64,000 bases of DNA from Thermodesulfobacteriota bacterium (lineage in GTDB: Bacteria; Desulfobacterota_D; UBA1144; Nemesobacterales; UBA2774). Each line of letters opens with the position of its first letter. Position 1 is the stretch's first letter. A program made the translations under genes and the position numbers. The notes under the pieces are model-generated. The model did not search any database and was not told where the DNA came from. It saw only the letters and a list, made by a program, of their open reading frames with translations. Below, piece after piece: positions 19,840 through 29,939 of this stretch. The stretch lies in the NCBI GenBank assembly GCA_041390285.1, contig JAWKQD010000007.1:26675-90674 (forward strand), given 5' to 3'.

Positions 19840-20619
19840 ATGCCGAGCTTTCCAAAGCAGCTTTCCATAATTCCCGTTCCGGGAATACCCGAGATAAAAC
19901 CCGGGGACGACCTCGTCCGTATCCTCGCCGATGCGGCCGGGGAAGCGGGGATTTCTGTGGAAGAGGGGGACGTAGTCGTCTTCGCACAGAAGATAGTGTC
20001 CAAGACCGAAGGGCGCATTGTCGATCTTAACGAAGTCGAGCCATCGCCCTTCGCAGAGTCGGTTGCGAAGACCCTGGGCAAGGATCCGCGACTCGTCGAG
20101 GTGATATTCTCCGAGACTACGAAGGTCATAAGGATGGACCAGAGAAAGCCCGAGAAGGGGCGGCTTATAGTGGAGACGCGGGGCGGTATCATATCCGCCA
20201 ACGCGGGCGTGGACGCGTCAAACGTTTCGGGCGGTGACCACGTGACTCTCTTGCCGATAGATTCCGACGAATCGGCGAAGAAGCTGGCCGAGGGGATAAG
20301 GCGCACGTTCGGCGTCGAGGCGGCGGTGATAATAACAGACACGGTTGGCCGGCCCTGGCGAGACGGTCTCGTGGACATAGCCATAGGCTGCCACGGCATG
20401 AAAGCGATGAGGGACCTCAGGGGAGGACTCGACGCCAAGGGGCTTCCTCTAATAGCGACCGTCATGGCAGACGCCGACGAGCTCGCCTCGGCGGCGGGAC
20501 TCGTGATGGAGAAAGCTGCGTCCATACCTGTTGTCATAATAAGAGGCTACGAGTACGAGAAGGGCGGAACCGGCGCACGGGAAATCATAAGGGACCCAGA
20601 AGAAGATCTTTTCAGATGA
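19840..20619 (+). CDS. cofE: coenzyme F420-0:L-glutamate ligase (CofE / FbiB N-domain family)
   Basis: 259 aa; IPVPGIPEIKPGDDL, DVVVFAQKIVSKTEGRIVDL, ISANAGVDASN, AAVIITDTVGRPWRDGLVDIAIGCHG, VVIIRGYEY: collinear with archaeal CofE over the full length. Confidence 0.8.
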   Translation: MPSFPKQLSIIPVPGIPEIKPGDDLVRILADAAGEAGISVEEGDVVVFAQKIVSKTEGRIVDLNEVEPSPFAESVAKTLGKDPRLVEVIFSETTKVIRMDQRKPEKGRLIVETRGGIISANAGVDASNVSGGDHVTLLPIDSDESAKKLAEGIRRTFGVEAAVIITDTVGRPWRDGLVDIAIGCHGMKAMRDLRGGLDAKGLPLIATVMADADELASAAGLVMEKAASIPVVIIRGYEYEKGGTGAREIIRDPEEDLFR

Positions 20620-20716
20620 TGTGCTTGTCGCCACATTCCGGAGCTGGCGCCTACCATAACGCCTTTCACAATCCACGTGTACCCGTTTTCGCACCGGTGA
20701 TATAATTAGCTCACCG

Positions 20717-22497
20717 ATGGAGCTTTTTTCGAGACTGACAAGCAGCGCCCTCTTCTCAGCAGTATTCATATTCCTCGTTTCGCTCGCGCTTTATTCGCCT
20801 TCGCTAAAGCACGGCTTCGTGTGGGACGACGTGGAAGTGATAGCGAAGAGTAACGTCTCGTTCGACGCCTCGAATATCGCAAGCGTCGTCGTCCCGGGCA
20901 TAGAGAAGAATAAAAAGGAGCGTTACTACAGGCCGGTAGTTTACGCGTCAATGGTTCTCGACAACGGGGTGTGGGGCGTTTCGCCGCTGGGCTTTCATCT
21001 GAGTAATTTACTGGCGAACGCCGTAGCGGCAGTGCTCTTTTATTTCGCGGCTCTCCTTATACTGAGAGAGCTTTGGGGAGGGGAGGCCGGTGGCGCGGCA
21101 TTTTTGTCGGCGCTTCTCTTTGCGCTCCACCCGATGCACGTCGAATCCGTGTCGTGGATAGCAGGGAGGACGGACGTCCTTTGCGCCGTCTTTTTCTTCC
21201 TCGCTTTTATCGTACACGTTCTTTCCTACAGAAACCTTTTATTTCTGATCGTAACGGCGCTTTCTTTCTCGCTCGCCCTGATGTCGAAGGAGGTAGCCGT
21301 GGCATTCCCGTTCCTCGTCCTGGGCTACGACCTTATCAGCCGGAGGCTCCGGCGGAGATCGAACGTCCTCCGGTACGCCGTGTACGCAGGGCTCCTTCTC
21401 CTTTACCTGTATCTCAGGGGAAGGGCCTTTGCCAATATCCCTGAAATGCCGGGGCCGGCGCGGGCGAAGCCTCGGCTGCGGCGGGGGCTTTCGGCGTTTA
21501 CGCCGCACACGTGAAGACGATCCTCGGGGCGTATCTGCTGTATATTAACAAGCTTGTTTTCCCCTTCGATTTTAACGCCTTTATCGCTAGCATTCCGCTC
21601 GGAGCTCTATACGTTGCGTCGGCGGCTGTCGTCACGGCGGCGCTGGCCGTGTTGTGCGCCGTCTCCGCGATCAAGAAGGAGAACGTGAGCGCGTTCTCTA
21701 TATTCTGGATTCTCCTTACCCTGGGGCCTTCGGCGATAATCTCTATCTTCGGGATAGCCTCGACGCCCGCCGCCGAGCGTTACCTGTACATACCCTCGGC
21801 GGGATTCTGCCTTCTCCTCGGGTACTGGATATTCAGGGCGGCCGAGCACCGACGGTACAGGCGCGCGGCTGTAGCCGTAGCCGCGCTGCTCGTCCTCCTA
21901 TACGCCGTCTTCACGTACCAGAGGCAGGCCGCGTGGGCGGACGACCTTGCGCTCTGGGGCGATACATCTATAAAATCCCCGAACCATCCGCTGCCTCATT
22001 CGAATTACGGCCAGGCCTTGTCTGCGGCCGGCGACAGCGAGGGGGCCCTAAGGGAATACATGATCGCACTCTCCCCCGAGATGAACGACAGCGCGAGGGG
22101 AAAGGCAGTGACGGCGAACAACGTCGGCCTCGAGTATCTCGGGATGGAGCGTTACCCCGAGGCGGAGAGATGGTTCCTGAAGGCTCTCGAATTCGACCGC
22201 GGGTACGGGAGGACCTACTATCACCTCGGGCTCATAAATTATATAAAGGCCGACGTCACGGGCTCGCCCGAGAGCCTCGCGGACGCCGAAATGTATCTAA
22301 AGAAGGTTTTCGAGCACTATTACACGTTCGGGCGGGCGAACCTCATCCTGGCCAAGGTCTACCTCAAGATGGGGGAACGCGGGAAAGCTGTCAGCGAGGC
22401 GAAAACGGCGATAAAGAGCGGCCTTCCCCCGGCGCTACTGAAAGAGGCCCAGGAGATTGTCGTGATAGAGGATGACGGCGGTAAGGACGAGCCATAA
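20717..22497 (+). CDS. membrane GT-C-like (PMT/TMTC family, DUF1736) glycosyltransferase fused to C-terminal TPR repeats; one apparent frameshift near 21440-21510
   Basis: N-terminal multi-TM region with YYRPVVYASMVLDNGVWGVSPLGFHLSNLLANAVAAVLFYF (TMTC/PMT-like loop), C-terminal TPR-like repeats (NYGQALSAAGDSEGALREYMIAL, YYHLGLINYIKAD); second ORF 21511-22497 continues in another frame (EASAAAGAFGVYAAHVKTILGAY). Confidence 0.65.
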
Positions 22498-23319
22498 CAA
22501 GACGCACAGAAGGAGCGGCGGGTCCCGGAGGAGCGACTCGGTCGGGTCGCCGCTTATCGAGCTCTGAACCAGGTGCATGTATCTCAGTACCCCGTAGCAT
22601 GCAAACACCACGGTAATCAGAAAAACCTTCGAGCCGACCTCGATAGCGTAAATCGCGTAGGTCACTATGGCCGTCGTCGCGAATATCGTGATCGCCTGAT
22701 CCAGGAAATTAAGGTTGTATCCCGAGAGCGATTCCCTGTGCCCGGAGGGGTCGGCCGCCGCTGCCGTGAACTCGTGGCGCCGCTTGCCCAGCGCCAGAAG
22801 GAGCGAGAGCACGAAGGTCGTCAGCAAGAGCCAGTTGGATACGACCGTCCCCGACGCCAAGCCCCCGGCCTCTATCCTGAGCACGAAACCTATGGCTATG
22901 ACGAAGCAGTCTATAAGCGCGAATCTCTGGAGGAATAAAGAATAGAGAACACTGAGCACCATGTAGGCGATTACAATCGCTAGGAACCCGATATCGAGGC
23001 TGTAGGAAATGACCACCGCCCCGACGAATGCCGCCAGTGCGATTACAAGGGCTTCTACCTTGCGAACCTTTCCCGAGGCTATCGGCCTCAGCTTTTTTTG
23101 CGGATGGAGCCTGTCGGCTTCGAGGTCGACGACGTCGTTTATGACGTAGCCCACGGAGGAAGCGAGCGAGAAAGCCAGGAAGGCGAAAAGCATTATGAAG
23201 GCCATGCCCCAGCCTGTGAAAAGAACACCCCCGAAGAACGGCGGCGCGAGCACGAGCAGATTCTTGACCCACTGGTGAGGCCTCAGGAGAAGGACGATAT
23301 CCCGAAAGAGAGAGGACAT
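22435..23319 (-). CDS. UbiA-superfamily prenyltransferase, decaprenyl-phosphate phosphoribosyltransferase-like (DPPR synthase family)
   Basis: 294 aa, 8-9 TM; N-terminal HQWVKNLLVLAPPFFGG motif and NDVVDLEADRLHPQKKLRP (NDxxDxxxD) characteristic of the Rv3806c-like branch. Confidence 0.65.
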   Translation of the reverse strand: MSSLFRDIVLLLRPHQWVKNLLVLAPPFFGGVLFTGWGMAFIMLFAFLAFSLASSVGYVINDVVDLEADRLHPQKKLRPIASGKVRKVEALVIALAAFVGAVVISYSLDIGFLAIVIAYMVLSVLYSLFLQRFALIDCFVIAIGFVLRIEAGGLASGTVVSNWLLLTTFVLSLLLALGKRRHEFTAAAADPSGHRESLSGYNLNFLDQAITIFATTAIVTYAIYAIEVGSKVFLITVVFACYGVLRYMHLVQSSISGDPTESLLRDPPLLLCVLLWLVLTAVILYHDNLLGLFQ

Positions 23320-23386
23320 TTAGGTAGCATTCTACTATTTTTATTCGATATAGAAAAGGCTCTACGGGCAGAGGTATATTAGATCC

Positions 23387-24091
23387 ATGGCCAAAAGAGC
23401 TTCCGGGGGAGAATCGCCGTTGTTCGTAAAAATCGCCCACCGCGGGGCGAGCGCGTATGAGCCCGAGAATACGATCCGCTCCTTCGAGAGGGCGATCGGG
23501 ATGAAGGCGGAGATGATCGAGTTCGACGTAAGGCAATCAATGGACGGCCGCCTCGTTGTGATACACGATGCGAAGGTGGACAGGACGGCGGATGGGAGAG
23601 GTTTGGTCTCCGAGAAAACCCTCACCGATCTGAAAGCCCTCGACGCGGGGGACGGCGAGAGGATTCCAACATTCGAAGAGGCGCTAGACGCGTGCTCCGG
23701 GAGGGCGAAGCTCGTCATAGAGCTCAAGGAAAACGGAATCGAGGAGAAGGTTCTCCGCGAGATAAGCGCGCGCGGGCTAAGGGACGACGTGTTTATCGTT
23801 TCTTTCAATGCGTCGAGACTGCGGCTCGTGAAAACACTCGACCCCAAAATGAGAACGGGGCTCATACTGTTCGCATCGGTGAATCCTATCGCGCTTGCCG
23901 AAAGGTGCGGGGCTGATGCTGTCGCGCCATTCAGGTGGTTTATAACAAAAGGGTTTGTCGAGAGGGCTAAACGCCGCGGCCTCTATACGTTTACCTGGAC
24001 CGTGGATGACGAGGAGAAGGCGCGGGCGATGAGGGACATGGGCGTGACCGGAATAGTGACGAACAAACCGGATATCCTCTCAACGGATTGA
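23387..24091 (+). CDS. glycerophosphodiester phosphodiesterase
   Basis: IAHRGASAYEPENTIRSFERAI, EFDVRQSMDGRLVVIHDAKVDRTADGRG (GDPD catalytic His/Glu/Asp). Confidence 0.85.
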   Translation: MAKRASGGESPLFVKIAHRGASAYEPENTIRSFERAIGMKAEMIEFDVRQSMDGRLVVIHDAKVDRTADGRGLVSEKTLTDLKALDAGDGERIPTFEEALDACSGRAKLVIELKENGIEEKVLREISARGLRDDVFIVSFNASRLRLVKTLDPKMRTGLILFASVNPIALAERCGADAVAPFRWFITKGFVERAKRRGLYTFTWTVDDEEKARAMRDMGVTGIVTNKPDILSTD

Positions 24092-24162
24092 TTCTACTTT
24101 CGTATCTCCATTTTTACTCACGGGCACGTCTCGTGGCGCTCCGAGGTCTCTGATGGGCTGCT

Positions 24163-24573
24163 TCACTTCGCCAGAAGCGCCGCCGAGCCGATAGCGAGCA
24201 GGACGCCCGCGATCTCCCTCGGGCTCAGCTTCTCGCCAAGGAATATAAACGCCAGTATGACTGTAAGGGCGGGATAGACGGCCGTGAGCGGCACCGTTAC
24301 GGAGAGCTTGGCGTATTTGAGCGCGGCGATGAAGAGGACGGTGCCTATTCCCCACGTCAGTCCCATGAGAAGCGCGGGCGCGTTGAATGAAAAATTATTG
24401 AATATGACGCCCCGGTTATATAGCACGAACGTCGTAAACACGGTGAGCGTGCCCACGCCCTCGAAGAAGTAGACCCTGTGCGGGATGTCTTTAAGGGACG
24501 CGAGCTTCCCGAGGAAGCTCCCGACCGCGAAGCACACTATAGCGAGAAGTATCATCGTGTACCATCTGTCCAT
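24163..24573 (-). CDS. EamA-like small membrane protein (half-size DMT transporter)
   Basis: 136 aa, 4 TM helices, EamA-like hydrophobic pattern. Confidence 0.55.
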   Translation of the reverse strand: MDRWYTMILLAIVCFAVGSFLGKLASLKDIPHRVYFFEGVGTLTVFTTFVLYNRGVIFNNFSFNAPALLMGLTWGIGTVLFIAALKYAKLSVTVPLTAVYPALTVILAFIFLGEKLSPREIAGVLLAIGSAALLAK

Positions 24574-24781
24574 TTTTCTCTCCGTGTTCGAGCGGGTATC
24601 CGCCGTTTTTACCGGCCGGCGGTATCTCCTATTATATCCACATGCGGGGCGAAAAATAATCCCTCGATTAACCTTGCCTTAACCTTTTCTGAACATCGTC
24701 TTCATGACCGGGTGGTGTACTGATAATGCCACCTTTTATCCGGGCTTTACCCTCCCTAACACCTTGGGTCCTTCTTGGCTA

Positions 24782-24819
24782 CTGGGGGCGATCAGCAGAT
24801 CGCCCCCAGTCTTTTTTTT
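24782..24819 (+). terminator. strong orphan rho-independent terminator (12-bp perfect stem CTGGGGGCGATC / GATCGCCCCCAG, loop AGCA, then TCTTTTTTTT)
   Basis: seen directly; no annotated plus-strand gene upstream (region 24574-24781 lies between two minus-strand genes). Confidence 0.6.
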
Positions 24820-24902
24820 AGGCACATAGAATCTCCTGCGGGCGCAGAAATAAGTGTCGAAGTCTTTTCGTTGATATTCGGATCGTAAGCGGGACGGCTA
24901 AA

Positions 24903-25664
24903 TCAGAGAAGCTGACGCCGTTTTATGAATGGAACGTGTATCTGGTCTTTCTTGTAGTTGCCGGTGAGGGCGTAGAGGATAACGTTTATACCGAGCCTGA
25001 AGGCAAGCTCCCTTTGGGATTCCCCACCCGGTACGCATTCGAATTCCCACTTGCCGAATTCGTCTTCGGCCCACGCGCCGCCGAGGTCGTTCCGGCAGTA
25101 GATGACCGCCGTCCGGTCCTCGTCGCTGAACGTGACGCCTTCGAGGTAGGGGCTTATTATCTTCCTCCCGCTGGCGGAATAAAGCAGGTAGAACGATTTG
25201 AATACGACGCTCTCCCTCGAAAGGCGCTGGAGCGGCGTCTCGGGGATTATAAGCGCGAGCTCCTCGCGTATCTGCGCGTCGAAGGGAGAGCTCTCGGAGC
25301 CTGTGGCGTCGTCCACGAGGAGCGTGCCGCCGAGCTTTAAAAACTTCCGGAGCCTTCTCCTGTCCTCGTCGGCGAAGGGGGTGAATGCCTCGTCGCCCGC
25401 GATGTAGAGCATGGGATAGTTGAAGAGGTCGGGGTCGCCGAGCCCTACGACTTTCCTGTCGTATGATGCTACTACGCTGGTCCTCAGCTCGAGCGCGCTA
25501 ATGAGCCGCTTGTAGTCCCGGGGGCGCGGGTCCCAGTTGCCGCCCGCGTACGAAACCTGGGCGAAGTGAAACTTGGAGCCTTCGTAGAATCCCAAAAGTG
25601 GGAGGGAAAGGATGCCTGCGCTTCCCGCAAGCAGGGTTTTAAAGAAATTCCTTCTAGTAATCAC
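24903..25664 (-). CDS. Tat-signal DUF4159-like periplasmic protein
   Basis: MITRRNFFKTLLAGSAGILS twin-arginine motif; remainder resembles DUF4159. Confidence 0.5.
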   Translation of the reverse strand: MITRRNFFKTLLAGSAGILSLPLLGFYEGSKFHFAQVSYAGGNWDPRPRDYKRLISALELRTSVVASYDRKVVGLGDPDLFNYPMLYIAGDEAFTPFADEDRRRLRKFLKLGGTLLVDDATGSESSPFDAQIREELALIIPETPLQRLSRESVVFKSFYLLYSASGRKIISPYLEGVTFSDEDRTAVIYCRNDLGGAWAEDEFGKWEFECVPGGESQRELAFRLGINVILYALTGNYKKDQIHVPFIKRRQLL

Positions 25665-25826
25665 CTGAATTTAAGTATTGCGGGCAAGCCGAGCGCGTGT
25701 CAAGTATTTGAATCACGCAATAAGCCTGTTATGCACCTATAAAAGCGCAAAGATATACTATCCGGTAATGTAACTCGAAGAAAAATTCCCGAAATGAGGA
25801 GCCGCAAGCGGCCGGGAAAGTAACTT

Positions 25827-26033
25827 CTAACCCGAAACCTTAACGACCTTTGTTGCCTGGGGGCCCTTCGGCCCTTCGGTAATATCGAACTCTACGGTTT
25901 CGCCTTCGGTCAGACTCTTGTATCCCTCACCTTCGATGACGCTGTAGTGAACGAATATGTCTTTTCCGACTTCGTCCGACTGAATAAATCCGTAACCCTT
26001 AGAGCTGTTGAACCACTTAACTTTTCCCTGCAT
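25827..26033 (-). CDS. cspA: cold-shock protein, CspA family
   Basis: [33 protein letters not shown]: RNP1/RNP2 motifs; 68 aa. Confidence 0.95.
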   Translation of the reverse strand: MQGKVKWFNSSKGYGFIQSDEVGKDIFVHYSVIEGEGYKSLTEGETVEFDITEGPKGPQATKVVKVSG

Positions 26034-26159
26034 AAAACTTTTATCCTCCTGGATAATGCTTCAAAAGCTTACTATGGCACGTTTTTTTTTATTTGTCAAT
26101 GGGGTATTGAAATCCCGGAATTTGCCAGTAAGGGGGCCCTGCGTTAGCTTTATCTTCCG

Positions 26160-27323
26160 ATGACAAAAGACAACGATAAAGACACCTGGATCGAGAAATA
26201 CAGGCGGGAGTTTCCCGTCACCGACTCTTATATATATCTGGACAATGCCGGAGTCGCGCCGGTATCCCTCAGGGTGGGGACAGCGGTAGCCGAATTCCTG
26301 AAAGAGGCGTCCTCGCTCGGGTTTGCCGGATACGGCAAGTGGATGGAGAGCATCGAGAGGGTTCGGGGGCTTTCGGCCCGTCTCGTAGGGGCGGAAAATG
26401 ACGAGGTAGCCTTCGTCAAGAATACCTCGCACGGTATATCCATCGTCGCGGGCGGCCTCGACTGGAAGAGCGGGGACAACGTAATCGTATTTGAGAAGGA
26501 CTTCCCGACGAATATCTACCCGTGGCTCGCCCTCGAAAGGAAAGGGGTCTCGGTCAGGTACGTACAGCTCGGCAGTGACGGCAGGATCTCGATAAAAGAC
26601 ATAGAAAAACTCACCGATGCGCGGACGAGGCTTATTTCCATGAGCTCTGTCCAGTCGCTGAACGGCTTTATGATGGACCCGGAGGAATTGAAGGAACTCT
26701 GCACTAGTAGGGGCGTACTTCTATTCCTCGACGCCATTCAGAGCCTGGGCGCCGTGCCGATGGACATCGAGAGGTATGGAGCCGATTTCCTCTCTGCGGA
26801 CGGGCACAAATGGATGCTCGCGCCCGAGGGAACGGGGATCTTCTACTGCAGGAAGGAGCGCGCAAAGGAGCTTTATCCGAACCTCCTTGGATGGAAGAGC
26901 GTCGTTCACGAGGCAGAGTTCGAGAGGGTAGAGCTCACACTCAAGGAAGACGCGCTCAGGTTCGAGGAGGGCTCTTATAACGTCATGGGCATAATAGCGC
27001 TCGGGGCGGCTCTCGACCTCTTGTTCGAAGCGGGCATGGACCGCGTGCATTCCCGCGTGCTCGACCTCGGGGACCTCGTAATCGCCGAGGCGGACAGGAG
27101 GGGCTTCGAGGTGAGGACCCCGCGCGAGAGGGAAATGAGGGGCGGCATAGTTTCCTTCGCCGGGCCGTTCGATCCGAAGAAGGTGAAGGCGAGCCTCATG
27201 GCCCGCCGCATGGTCGTGAACGAAAGGGGAGGGGCTCTCAGAATGGCTCCCCACTTCTACAACTCCGAAGACGAAATCCTAGAGGCCTTCGAGGAGATAG
27301 ACTCGCTCACCGGCCGCGCGTGA
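26160..27323 (+). CDS. class V aminotransferase (cysteine desulfurase / selenocysteine lyase-like, PLP-dependent)
   Basis: 387 aa; SADGHKWMLAPEGTGIFYCRKE (PLP lysine), AT class V fold pattern. Confidence 0.75.
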   Translation: MTKDNDKDTWIEKYRREFPVTDSYIYLDNAGVAPVSLRVGTAVAEFLKEASSLGFAGYGKWMESIERVRGLSARLVGAENDEVAFVKNTSHGISIVAGGLDWKSGDNVIVFEKDFPTNIYPWLALERKGVSVRYVQLGSDGRISIKDIEKLTDARTRLISMSSVQSLNGFMMDPEELKELCTSRGVLLFLDAIQSLGAVPMDIERYGADFLSADGHKWMLAPEGTGIFYCRKERAKELYPNLLGWKSVVHEAEFERVELTLKEDALRFEEGSYNVMGIIALGAALDLLFEAGMDRVHSRVLDLGDLVIAEADRRGFEVRTPREREMRGGIVSFAGPFDPKKVKASLMARRMVVNERGGALRMAPHFYNSEDEILEAFEEIDSLTGRA

Positions 27324-27369
27324 CCCGGCTCCCCAACCGCTGCGGGCTTCGGGAGTCTCTCCTGAACTA

Positions 27370-27824
27370 TCAGCCGAAGAATCTTATTCCGGTGAGGCCG
27401 ACGACAATACCGATAAGAAGGCCGTAGACGACGTGTCCCGCGAAGTGCGCGACCGCAACCTCCATGCCGGCTTTACGGAATCTCTCCATGGATGATGCTC
27501 GGCCACGGCTATGACGAGGACGAACCCGAAGGCCACGCCGTGGGCTACGGATATCAGAAAGCCGAGCCCTATGGCCCCGGCGACGGAGGAGTATCCGATT
27601 ACACTTATGAGGGCGACGTAGGCGAAGGCTATGATGACGCCCACGATGTAGTGGGTGACGAGTCCGACCGTGAAGGTGCTCTTTTCGGACCTAGTGAATA
27701 TGGTGCCGATTGCGCGAATCATGTCGGCGTCGGCGACCCCCGAGCGCGTAATCGCCCACATAAGAATGCTCATTCCGGAAGTCGCGATTAGACCAGCGAG
27801 AACTGTGATCAGGAAAGTTGACAT
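27370..27824 (-). CDS. DUF1440-like integral membrane protein; one apparent frameshift near 27480-27495
   Basis: 4 TM helices; C-terminus ...AEHHP then out-of-frame ERFRKAGMEVAVAHFAGHVVYGLLIGIVVGLTGIRFFG. Confidence 0.45.
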
Positions 27825-28019
27825 TGTGCTACCTCCTCATTCGAGCTGCGGCTTCCGAATCGGCCGCGGTTCAAATCCCCTTCTAACTTTGATGATAGCC
27901 TTCATGTCCGGCGTGTTTCAAGTTATTTTTGAAATCGGGGGCCCATCCGAAATTGACAGGAAAAGCTAATACATTGATAATTATTCAATTGTGATGACAG
28001 CTTAGACAGGAGGTAATCC

Positions 28020-29723
28020 GTGAGTAAGAAATCCAATCCGGAGGGCAGCCCGAAGGGGCTTCGGAAGTTCTCGTCGCTCGTCGTCGAGGGGGCAGACAGG
28101 GCGCCCAACCGGTCGATGTTGAGGGCAGTAGGTTTCAAGGACAAGGACTTCAAAAAGCCTGTTATCGGCATAGCCTCGACGTGGAGCATGGTGACGCCGT
28201 GCAACATGCACATAGACAAGCTCGCAATAGAGGCGGGCAAAGGAGCCGACGCCGCAGGGGCGAAGTCCATAATTTTCGGCACGATAACCGTGTCGGACGG
28301 CATATCCATGGGAACACCGGGTATGAGGTATTCCCTCGTTTCGAGGGAAGTTATCGCAGACTCCATCGAAACGGTGGCAGGGGCCGAGGGCTTTGACGGA
28401 GTGGTGGCGCTCGGGGGCTGCGACAAGAACATGCCGGGATGCCTCATTGCGATGGCGCGCCTTAACAGGCCGGCTGTTTTCGTATACGGCGGCACTATTA
28501 TGCCGGGGAATTTTAACGGAAAGCCGGTGGATATCGTGTCCGTTTTCGAGGCCGTCGGCGCTCACGCGAACAAAGACATTTCAGATAATCAGCTAAAGAA
28601 AATCGAATCGACGGCGATACCGGGGCCGGGCTCGTGCGGCGGTATGTATACTGCCAACACGATGGCCTCGGCTATAGAGGCGCTCGGGATGAGCCTCCCG
28701 AACAGCTCGGCGCAGGCAGCTATCTCACCGGAAAAGATGAAGGACTGCCGCGACGCAGGAGCCGCTGTGTATAACCTCATAAAGAGCGGCATTCGTCCGT
28801 CTGACATCATGACGAAGAAGGCTTTCGAAAATGCGATAGTTACAGCTATCGCGCTGGGAGGCTCTACGAACGCGGTGCTTCATCTCCTCGCAATCGCAAG
28901 GGCGGTAAACGTAAAGCTCACGATAGACGATTTCACAAGGATTGGGAAGAAGGCCCCCGTCCTCGCGGACTTAAAACCGAGCGGCAAGTTCATGATGGCG
29001 GACTTCTGCAGGATAGGGGGGCTCCAGCCTCTCATGAAGATGCTCCTCGATGCGGGGCTCCTGCACGGGGACTGCCTCACGGTAACGGGAAAGACGATGG
29101 CCGAGAACCTGAAATCCGTCGGCGCTTATCCCAAGGGGCAGGAGATAGTAAGGCCCGTTTCCGACCCTCTCAAAAAGGACAGCCACATAGTAATCCTCAG
29201 GGGAAACATCGCCGAGGAAGGGGCGGTGGCGAAGATCTCGGGCCACGAAGGCCTCTCGTTTACGGGTAAGGCGATAGTCTTCGATTCCGAGGAGGAGAGC
29301 CTTAAGGCCATACTCGGCGGGAAGGTGAAGAAGGGGCACGTCATCGTCATAAGGTACGAAGGCCCAAGAGGCGGCCCCGGAATGAGGGAGATGCTTGCCC
29401 CGACGTCGGCCGTTATGGGGAAGGGGCTCGGAAACGACGTGGCGCTCATCACCGACGGCAGGTTCTCGGGCGGGACGCACGGGTTCGTCGTCGGGCACAT
29501 TACGCCCGAGGCGTACGACGGCGGCGCCATCGCCGTCATCAAGAACGGCGACACGATAACCATCGATGCGAAGACGAGGGAGATAAACCTCGATGTCCCT
29601 AAGAGCGAGCTGAAGAAGAGGCTCTCGCAGTGGAAACGGCCGAAGCCCAAGGCAGAAAAGGGCGTGCTCGCAAAGTATGCGAAGCTCGTTTCCTCGGCAT
29701 CCGAGGGGGCCGTAACCGACTGA
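28020..29723 (+). CDS. ilvD: dihydroxy-acid dehydratase
   Basis: 567 aa; [40 protein letters not shown] motifs. Confidence 0.95.
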   Translation: MSKKSNPEGSPKGLRKFSSLVVEGADRAPNRSMLRAVGFKDKDFKKPVIGIASTWSMVTPCNMHIDKLAIEAGKGADAAGAKSIIFGTITVSDGISMGTPGMRYSLVSREVIADSIETVAGAEGFDGVVALGGCDKNMPGCLIAMARLNRPAVFVYGGTIMPGNFNGKPVDIVSVFEAVGAHANKDISDNQLKKIESTAIPGPGSCGGMYTANTMASAIEALGMSLPNSSAQAAISPEKMKDCRDAGAAVYNLIKSGIRPSDIMTKKAFENAIVTAIALGGSTNAVLHLLAIARAVNVKLTIDDFTRIGKKAPVLADLKPSGKFMMADFCRIGGLQPLMKMLLDAGLLHGDCLTVTGKTMAENLKSVGAYPKGQEIVRPVSDPLKKDSHIVILRGNIAEEGAVAKISGHEGLSFTGKAIVFDSEEESLKAILGGKVKKGHVIVIRYEGPRGGPGMREMLAPTSAVMGKGLGNDVALITDGRFSGGTHGFVVGHITPEAYDGGAIAVIKNGDTITIDAKTREINLDVPKSELKKRLSQWKRPKPKAEKGVLAKYAKLVSSASEGAVTD

Positions 29724-29751
29724 CAATCACATCTAAATAATGAAACTTTAC

Positions 29752-29798
29752 AGGCCCGGACAGCCGAAGCGCGGCTGCCCGGGCCTTACATTTTCGGG
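29752..29798 (+). terminator. rho-independent terminator after ilvD (nested stem AGGCCCGG..CAGCCG/CGGCTG..CCGGGCCT then TTACATTTTC)
   Basis: inverted repeats seen directly 29 nt after the ilvD stop. Confidence 0.55.
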
Positions 29799-29939
29799 CC
29801 GGATTCCATGGCCCGGCTATCTAAACTCCCCATTTCCCGTTAACCGTTTCTTAAAGCCCTCCTAAAACTGCCTTAAAATCCCTCGCGCAGAATATAAAGT
29901 GATGCGAACCATATACAGGCGGAGTATGAAAGGAAGGAG

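Noticed and set aside
22709-23536. 275-aa minus-strand ORF extending past the UbiA gene start
   Set aside because: Out of frame with the UbiA protein and extremely Arg/Pro-rich; UbiA frame (22435-23319) has the conserved motifs
24782-24819. Interpretation of the strong hairpin as the terminator of the DUF4159 gene
   Set aside because: U-tract is on the plus strand whereas the DUF4159 gene is on the minus strand; on the minus strand the hairpin is followed by non-U sequence
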